This document shows positions 21,446 to 28,865 of a stretch of 28,865 bases of DNA, piece after piece; positions within the stretch are counted from its first letter, which is position 1; each line of letters begins with the position of its first letter. This stretch comes from Vezdaea acicularis. Taxonomy: Eukaryota. The position numbers were made by a program, and so were the translations under genes. Below the pieces are notes generated by a model. The model was not told where the DNA came from, searched no databases, and worked only from the letters and a program-made list of their open reading frames with translations. Where the stretch lies: NCBI GenBank assembly GCA_026025075.1, contig JAPEUI010000015.1:186001-214865 (forward strand), given 5' to 3'.

Positions 21446-24246
21446 AAAAGAGTCTTGATCTCAAGAACATTTTCCGAGCAGCATTGATGATCTACATCCG
21501 CGGCCGGATGATACATCTCTTCAATCAGATAAGCCTAGCTCCATGCTAGTCATGTTTCAGTTACTGCACATCGATAACGAACTGCATGATGATGCTCGAT
21601 GACGGCTGTTTCATTACATGGAGTGTACATTGTTCATGCATGAACCGTGCGCCTCGGCAAGGCTGGCCTCTTGCATCAAGTATGCAGGAATGAGATAGTA
21701 ACGTCAACGCTCTTGTAAGCTGGAAGATGCTATTCAAGCCAAGCAATCCCTCTAGGATTTCTTAGCATGCCTACCGATTATCTCTATCGGCCAGTATAGC
21801 TAATTTCACAACGGATGACGAGCTTGCGATCAACTACGGATGCCGTCAGCACTACTGCCATTCGTCCATTCACCCTTTCGGTTTACCGGACGTAGTCATG
21901 ATACTCGTCCGCTGTAAAGCATCCCTCCGAGCCAGTAGCTAGGCTTGGAGTGCCTCAAAACTTCGATTAGCATGGACGCAGGGTCACCCGTTCGACGTCA
22001 AGTCTCCTCGGATTTCATATTTATTTCTATTGCTCGTGTTGATGCCTCACTAGTGCGCACTTGGGGTCAGGTGCGGAAACACTTCCTTACCCTTGGTCCT
22101 CTACCACACAAAAGCTACCAGAGAGGCACCAGGAGGATCCAACGCCAGTGTAATTACTCAGAACTCTTCGTGTGAATGGAATGAATCAAACATGCTATAT
22201 ACAATACGCGAATTAAGGGTTTTAGGCAGGAATGCATCAAGCCATGCTGCAGCGCAACAGTACCAGCCCGCTGCAATCTAGCGGCTATTCTGCTCTGGCG
22301 CAGTCCACGCTACTCCAGACCCCCACATTTGAAGATCGGAATGATAGCCTGAAGGCCTTGCAGCCTTTTCTTGGCATAAGCTCAAATTGATCTCACCAGC
22401 CACTTTTCTTGGCTGCTACGCGACCATGGCGACAGACCGCTGCGGTTTCAGATGCAAGGAGTAATGGTCTTACAAGTGGGTCCGTGGGCACGAGACGACC
22501 TCTGTCGATCAGTTCTTTGCAATGTCGAGATATGTTAAATGCACTCCCAAGGGTAACGTCGCATCATCTTGTGAGTCAGCATTCCAGTCACAGGCGCAAT
22601 CTTAATCGAATAGTACTAGTCCAGGGTTACCTATCGAAGCCATCAAGTCCTGCGAAATGAAAGGTCCTAGACTCGGTGTTCCCGGGCCAGGCCTTAACAT
22701 CGAATGCAAGATGGATTTTTGCTGTGGAGATTCGTCATGACCTCCTGCAGGTTAGAAGATGCAGGAGCCCGAGCATTCGGTCGGCCCGGAGATGGCCTCA
22801 ATTTCAGCGAAATGCGACAGCGTGGTGGCTTGCAGGCCACATGGTTCCCAGCGGGTTCGCGAAGGCCGCTAGAAGCTCAGGTCGAATGTGGCCGCTCTTC
22901 GCCACTTAAAAAGCAGGGGAAAGGGAGCGATCGCAACGACGTTCGTTTCGAGACGGACGCAAATGTGCAGGGAAAACTGCTTCTCGCCCATGTCTAGTCT
23001 GTTTCAGCCGGACAGAGACGTCAGTATAATCGACATTTGTCGAACGCTTCGCACGAGCCTTCAACAGCTCTCGTCCGTCGAATATCGATGGGCCTTTAAA
23101 GATTGAAACACGGCAAGTGGCGGACGGAGCTGAGGTCCAATAGCGGGAAAGCGCGGGACAAGCGCAAGTACGGCGCCAGCTTCCCTCTCCCCATCCCATT
23201 TCGCGGTTTCTGGCCACCACGTTTCTCCACGCCCCATTACTGCAGTCATCGTCGCATTCGGCATGTCGCTCGTCGATGAGTATTGAAGAGAGATGCGGTG
23301 TATGGAGCATCGCCCTTCTTTCAGACCAGCCCTTCACGATCGACCCTCATCCTTATCTCCAACCTTTCATGCCATCTCTGCATGTCCCTCCTCGTCTCGT
23401 TTCAAGCGATTCAATCAGTCGCAATGCAGCCTACCGGGGTCCTCAACTCTTTCTTGGATCGTGCGACTTGGAGTCCAAACATAGAACTGGCCCCGGCTTA
23501 TGGGGAGGGTCGTGGCGATGCCGCTTCTCCCGCTTCTCTAGCACTTGTACATGCTCTCGTACATGCGCTCGTACTCGGTTGAGGGTGACGCAACCTCACA
23601 AGGCTTTGTTCTTGAGCTTTAGGCACGCAGAACTGCTGTTGCTGTGCAGGACATGGCAACTTGGCCGTGGATAGGAACGGGGTCTCAGGTACAGGCATCT
23701 GCCGTCGCCCAAAATATCTTCCCCCTCCCTCATCAAAGTCACCAGCCCATCCTCCGCTATGTCTTGTGTCGTGGGCCCTTGCGTCGACTACACACGCTAT
23801 CATGCAAACATCCGGTGCCTGTCACTCCGGATGCGCCGGGCGTTGGAGATTCAAAGCGGACAGATGACAGGGCAAGGGGAGAGGAATGAAGCTGCAATCC
23901 CTTGAACGACGATGGACGCTTTGAGGGGGTGATGCGCGAAGAGATGGCATTGGTCAATCGGAGGGTTCTTGGGTTTCCCCTCGAGCTCGCGTAACCGTTA
24001 CGAGAATAGCTCTGGGGCAGGGTTGGCTGAGCACGATTCTACTACGCCCTGCACGCCCTGCCCGTTTGCCCCAGACCCTATATTCGAGGAGGAGGGGTAA
24101 GAGCGCGAGTGTCGCTGCTGCGGAATTGATGAGAGCAGGGGTTCTCTCTCGACATGCAATGCTCTGATATGACCACACTCCATTCAATTCCGCGATGAGC
24201 CCAACTACACTAGACCAAACGCTTATTGTGGTGTCTGCGAGAGGGG

Positions 24247-24249
<3 letters not shown>

Positions 24250-24278
<29 letters not shown>
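24250..24278 (+). repeat. (GA)n microsatellite, about 14 units
   Basis: Perfect GA dinucleotide run. Confidence 0.95.
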
Positions 24279-24280
<2 letters not shown>

Positions 24281-24606
24281 CTTTATCGGCATCCTCTGGC
24301 GGTGGTGTCATGATGTTTGCTACCGTCGGCGGTGCCTTGGTCCGATGCAACGGCCGCTCCTTCTCCACCCACCCCTGCCCTGCGACCCAGTCGCGCGGGA
24401 TGGGGCCACGGTGCCGGGATACGAAAAAAAAAGTTAGCGACGATCGCTGGCGAACGCGTGCGCCAGACGCCGACTGCAAACGGAGACAGGAAGCACTGGC
24501 CTTGCCGCGCCCTCCGCAGGCATCAGCTGCGAATGTGCTTTTGGGGGTCTCAAACCCTGGTCCGCACGCAATCCCAAAGGGGAGGCGGATGACAGCGTCG
24601 ACCAAG

Positions 24607-24800
24607 CCAATGAACAGCCCCGGTGGGTGGGGTGACGAGGACGGAGAAGAGAGGAAGGCAGGAGGGGGGAGGGCGAGAGAGGCAATGACGATCTAAAATC
24701 CGAGCACGGTCGTCCCTGCCCTTTCCGTCGAGGCCGACCGGACATATATATCTGCCGCCGTCCCCGTGTGCAATTTTTTCCACTTCACCAGACAGCACTC
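24607..24800 (+). promoter_or_regulatory. Pol II core promoter (CCAAT box, TATA box, pyrimidine-rich initiation region)
   Basis: CCAAT at 24607-24611 and TATATAT at 24745-24751, then an abrupt switch from purine-rich to CT-rich sequence. Many AGGGG/CCCCT (STRE-like) motifs lie upstream. Confidence 0.65.
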
Positions 24801-24982
24801 AGACCAGCTCCACTTTGGTATCATAGTCTCAGACTTCAAAGAAAGTTCCCTCGTCAAGCATCTCACATATTCTCCCCTCAGCACTTACTTCACTCACGGA
24901 GAAGTTTTACCCTTCCATCACCCATCCCTCTCCACGAAACCAAAGCTCTTCCGGAACGTCGCCTTCAGCCTCTACCCTCACA

Positions 24983-25075
24983 ATGCCTTCCCACAGCTTC
25001 AACGGCGGCTCGCACCAGTACCCTCCCTGCCCCGGCCCACCGCCGACCCGGCCACTACCCGAAGTGCCCAAGTAG
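24983..25075 (+). CDS. Candidate 30-aa proline-rich microprotein MPSHSFNGGSHQYPPCPGPPPTRPLPEVPK
   Basis: First ATG downstream of the TATA box, in CACA-ATG context. 23 of 29 non-start codons end in G/C. It contains 10 prolines and RPLPEVP (RxxPxxP). It is absent from the ORF track because it is under 60 aa. Confidence 0.65.
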   Translation: MPSHSFNGGSHQYPPCPGPPPTRPLPEVPK

Positions 25076-27060
25076 AGGAAGGGCCTGGTAGTCAACACCG
25101 CTGCTCTTTCCTTCTCGTCCTCCCTCCGCAACAGTCATCCTCAGCCTACACGTTTCCTCTCACTCTCTCGCTCGAGATCGCGTTTCATCATAGCACATCA
25201 GCTGTCTCGACGGGCGCTTCACGAAACCGACTCCGCTCGGATCCTTTTCCCTCGACGCAAACTCCGTTCGTCCCAAGCGATCGGCGCCGCCAATGCAAGG
25301 TACCAGCGGCGACGCCTCGGCTAACTCAATCCGCGGGCGTGACGATATCACACGATCGTCGACCCTGGCCAGGCACGCCCGGTCCAATTTCACTCACTTT
25401 CACCGCCTCTGCCCCCCTCGACGCCGAACGCCATGAGCGGTCCAGAACTGCCGCCGCCTTTGCTGTCTTCTTCGTCACTGCACCTTCGACCCTGTGTCTG
25501 ACTCCTTTGCTCGATTCCTCCATTCGTCGTCGGGGTTCTTGTAAGCGACAGGAGCAATGACCGGATGCTGGCAGATGCGCATGTTTCAGTTGCCTGCGGC
25601 AGTACGATTCGTCGACCTTTCTCAGACACTCGCCCTGCTTCGTTCGCTTGTCGCTTCCTATCAGGTCGTCATCGTCGCTCCTTCCTCGTCGCCCGCCTCA
25701 GCGTCGTCCGGTCCCTCTCTCGGTTCCTGCATTGGCAAGACGAGTCAGAATCAGGGACTGTCGATCATGGCCATTGGACCGGTCGCACCTGCTCCTGATC
25801 GACCGACCATCACCCACGCTTGGACCTTTGACATTCGCCGGATCTGATTTGACTCTTCTACCCCTAGAAACGAGAAGGCGCTGACCCTGCACAAGCGAAG
25901 TCCGGGGCGCGTCGTCCGTCCGGCCGCCCCGCTCTTTCCCAATATATTGACAGGTCGGGGGCTCAGCCTTACAGGGGTCCAATTGGGACCATCGGCGTCA
26001 CGCGTTGCTCTTAGAGTATTGACATACCGCCCGACGCCTCGGAATCATTACATCATGTAGCTGTCATTGTCGTCATGGCCTGACTTTCCTATCGGCAGCC
26101 GCGGGCTCGGCTTGCCTCTTTTCGTCGTTGTCGTTACTCTTTACCACTTTTAGTTGTCTCACTTTTCTAATGTCTGTGTCCCTCACACGACATATCCCGG
26201 GCGGTTTTGACTTCGTTGATAAATGGCGTATTGTAATAGTTCAGTCGATAGTGTCGAGCAGTGGGAATAGTCGGCTTTCTTCTCGGCGTGTTTTTGTCCC
26301 AAATAGGAACGGGGGGGAAGACAGAAAATGGATAGCTTATGAGAATCAAACGATGATAGATCAAGTAACGTCCCATACCCCGCTTAAAGCATGTCCAAAA
26401 TTCGCACGTGAGGCTCTGCTCGCGAGAAATACATTATTGCCATTTTTCCAAATGCTATAAGTCCCAAGTTTTCTTGTTGGTGGAATTCTTGCACGCGATA
26501 CTGTTTGGTTTAACTACCACGTAGATGCTCGCTGTGGTTTTTTCTCAACGCCCATTTCGAGATCCTCTGCCAAAATATCAGATGTACAACATCGTGCCGA
26601 GACCTCAGAAGAAAATTTATTGTAAAAGAAAAACCCGCAATTCTGCGTTGTTGCTACAAGCGCCAATCGATCCAGATCCAAGATCCAAACGTGCACGCCA
26701 GATGATCAGCGTCCTAGTTCGGGAAAACATCCGACTCACTCACCCAAGCAACCAGCGGTATGCACCCCTCAGCCAAGGTGTAGGCCAAAAAGTGAAGGAA
26801 GTGGAAGATGAGTCGGACACTTGAGATGCTGTATTGTTCTTTCCTTTACGGGTTTCGGGGGAGGAGCTGCTGGGAGTTGTGGCTGGTATGGGAAGTGGCG
26901 CTCGTGGCGTACCCCCCGGGGGAATGAAGGCGGTCTGGGAAAAAAGTTGCGGGCTCGCGTAGCTTTGAGCTTCGTCCGAGCTCTGAGGTTGAGGAGACGA
27001 TCACAGGTCTGGGGTTTGAGGTGAAATGTAACGCTTTGGTCGCAACGCATGTAATTGGCT

Positions 27061-27067
27061 TTATATA
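27061..27067 (-). promoter_or_regulatory. TATA box (TATATAA) pointing away from SAM37
   Basis: Minus strand reads GTATATAAAG, followed by a C/T-rich initiation-like stretch. Confidence 0.5.
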
Positions 27068-27231
27068 CTGCTACCATAGCTGGCATATGAGATGCCTGGG
27101 ATTTAAGCGCTGCTGCGTCCCATCTCGTCGCGCGCCGCGTCGAGCTCTTCTCTCGTGCTTCCCTTCCTCTTCTCGAAGCGTGAGCCGCCTCCTCGGCGTC
27201 GACTGGGCCTGAGAGGCAACTTGGAATAGCG

Positions 27232-28720
27232 ATGTTGCAGCTTCACATATGGGGCCCCGCATTTGGCTTTGCCAGTTTCGACCCGGAATGCCTCGCCGCG
27301 GTGGCATATTGCAAGGTGGCCCTGCCCCAGGGGGAGTGGGTGCTGTTTGGGAGTTGCGATGAGGGGGTTGGTCCTGCTGGTGAGTCCTTGAGAGCCTCTT
27401 TTGATGGTTTGCTATGGGGTAATGGGGCTGATGGATTGGAGGGACTAGGTCGGTTGCCAGCTTTGTATGATGAGGAGAGGGATGTGTGGGTGGCCGGGTT
27501 TAGTGCGTTGGTGAGGTATCTGAAGGAATTGGACCCGGAGTGGGATCTAGATGGGCTTCTTACGCCACAGCAACGGGCCGATGCTACTGCGTATGTCATC
27601 CTGCTAGGGCACTGGCCCTATTCTCCTGATAACTTTCCCTCTCACTCATTCAAACTCTCGCTGACTGGTGTGATACAGCTTCACATCTCACATCCACCTT
27701 CACCTCGCCCCCCTAGTCCAGCTCCTCCTCTATTGCACTCCCAAGAACTACGCACATACGCGCCATGCCATATCAACGCTACTTCCCTTCCCACTGCCCT
27801 ACTTCATCCCGCCACGCCTTCACGCCCGTGCTAGAGAGCAAACCGCCCATCTCAACCTCGCCATCTCCTCTTCTCTTGATGACGACGACCACAACAACGA
27901 AGCCACGGCACATACGGCCGCTGATCCATCCGTGCGTATACCGTCGCAGCGACAAACGCTCAGTGGAATGCTGTTCGCGACTGCTGCCACGGATAAGATA
28001 AGACTTTCGTCGCATCTGCACCACGCTCTTTTCCCCCTCCTCGACCTCCTGCAAGCCCCATCCACCCCTCAGCCATCGCCCTTCATCTTCGATACACCAC
28101 ATCCAACCTCTCCTCCCCAAGTTCCCGCCCGGCCCTCAACACTCGATACCCTCCTCTTCGCGCACCTGGCTCTCCTCTTCACCCCCGACCTCCCAGACGC
28201 GTGGGGCCGCGTCCTGCTCGCCGAGCCGCGCTGGGACGTCCTCAAGACGTATAGTACGCGGCTACGCTCGACGTGCGGTATGTTCCGCCCCGTCACTCAG
28301 GCCATGGCGCTCGATCCTCAGACCGGGACCGGCCCGTCACCCCTCCCATGGCGGCGGTACCAAGGAACGACTCCCGCGGCTGTGGCGAGGCGCGTGGCGA
28401 GAGAGGCAGCGGGAGCGCTGCCCTTCGCCGACTCATTCAAGCATCACGGCTCAAGCGGCATGTCTTCGACAGGGAGCCCGCAACCGCTACTCTTCCCTGC
28501 TGCGGCGGCGGCGGCGGCGGCGGTCGTAGCGGGTGTAGTTGGGGCAGTTGGGTATATGTCATATAGCAACAAATCTCTGCAGGGCGTTGGGAGGAGCGGC
28601 GTAGTGAAGATGGAGAGGAAGAGGGGTCTGGGCGGGATGGGCGAGGCGGGCGAGATGCTGGGGAGTTTGGCGGTGGAGATGGAACCTGTGGGCGAGGAAG
28701 TACGTCTGGGTAGCCTTTGA
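27232..28720 (+). CDS. SAM37: Mitochondrial outer-membrane SAM complex subunit Sam37/Tom37 (metaxin-like), about 443 aa. Exons 27232-27379, 27449-27590, 27679-28720
   Basis: N-terminus LHIWGPAFGFASFDPECLAAVAY and GRLPAL match the Tom37/metaxin N domain. PSTLDTLLFAHLAL matches the GST-like C domain. A hydrophobic C-terminal anchor is present. Two GT-AG introns give an intact 1332-nt frame. Confidence 0.88.
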
Positions 28721-28811
28721 GAGGCGTGGAGGTTGTGCATGTTATACCCCTGTTAAAACGCTGTATACCACAACTTTACATTATTTTGTCTGCGTCTGGA
28801 AGAACGTGGTT

Positions 28812-28817
28812 GGGGGG

Positions 28818-28854
<37 letters not shown>

Positions 28855-28865
28855 GCGGGGGGGGG
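28812..28865 (+). repeat. Poly-G tract at the window end (real homopolymer or sequencing/assembly artefact)
   Basis: About 50 nt of nearly pure G terminates the sequence. Confidence 0.85.

Noticed and set aside
21965..21975. GATTAGCATGG match to U6 snRNA
   Set aside because: The flanking ACAGAGA box and the internal stem-loop are absent.
22216..22226. Telomerase RNA hypothesis (11-nt match to a TTTTAGGG repeat; large ORF-free interval)
   Set aside because: I found no TAACCCTAA-type template for the usual TTAGGG repeat in the interval, and could not identify a pseudoknot or CR4/5. Worth revisiting only if this genome's telomeres are TTTTAGGG.
22400..24800. Numerous 60-156 aa ORFs on both strands
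   Set aside because: They overlap each other, are driven by GC content and microsatellites, show no recognisable domains, and cannot be joined by consistent splice signals.
24766..25560. 264-codon ORF in the gene desert
   Set aside because: It has a GTG start close to the TATA box, no internal Met and low-information Arg/Pro/Ser composition. The first true ATG is in another frame (the 30-aa ORF).
25790..25800. TGC TCC TGA resembling the antizyme +1 frameshift site
   Set aside because: The +1 frame closes after about 16 codons and shows no antizyme-like sequence.
26660..26775. TPP-riboswitch-like words on the minus strand (GCTGAG, ATACC, GATCTGGAT)
   Set aside because: The spacing is wrong, the P5 partner and AGCG motif are missing, and no thiamine gene is nearby.
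28812..28865. Poly-G as a functional G-quadruplex or telomere
   Set aside because: It is not a telomeric repeat, and terminal poly-G is a common sequencing/assembly breakpoint artefact.
1..28865. tRNA, rRNA, CRISPR arrays, transposase/RT genes
   Set aside because: I saw no supporting motifs, terminal repeats or repeat-spacer patterns.

Overview
Eukaryotic, intron-containing DNA from a filamentous ascomycete (Pezizomycotina-like gene content and CTRAY-type branch sites; exact lineage not determinable). I reconstructed spliced models by hand for: the 5' part of mitochondrial tyrosyl-tRNA synthetase (-), a 10-exon Sip1/raffinose-synthase-type GH36 alpha-galactosidase (+), MSH6 (+), a glutaminyl-cyclase-like M28 protein (-), a small probable mitochondrial membrane protein (+), a WD40 plus C-terminal coiled-coil protein with NEDD1-like layout (-), a cellulose-synthase-like GT2 (-), a hypothetical protein (+) and SAM37/metaxin (+). 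The window ends in a poly-G run. The most interesting part is the 5.8 kb gap (21446-27231), where the ORF track shows only noise. It holds a clear CCAAT/TATA promoter whose first ATG opens a 30-codon ORF (24983-25075, MPSHSFNGGSHQYPPCPGPPPTRPLPEVPK). This ORF is below the ORF-track cutoff, has a strong start context and G/C-biased codons, and ends in an RxxPxxP SH3-ligand motif. It is followed by a long 3' region with a probable intron. A second TATA-driven, apparently non-coding, hairpin-containing unit lies on the opposite strand next to SAM37. All family assignments are from motif recognition; no database search or folding program was run.
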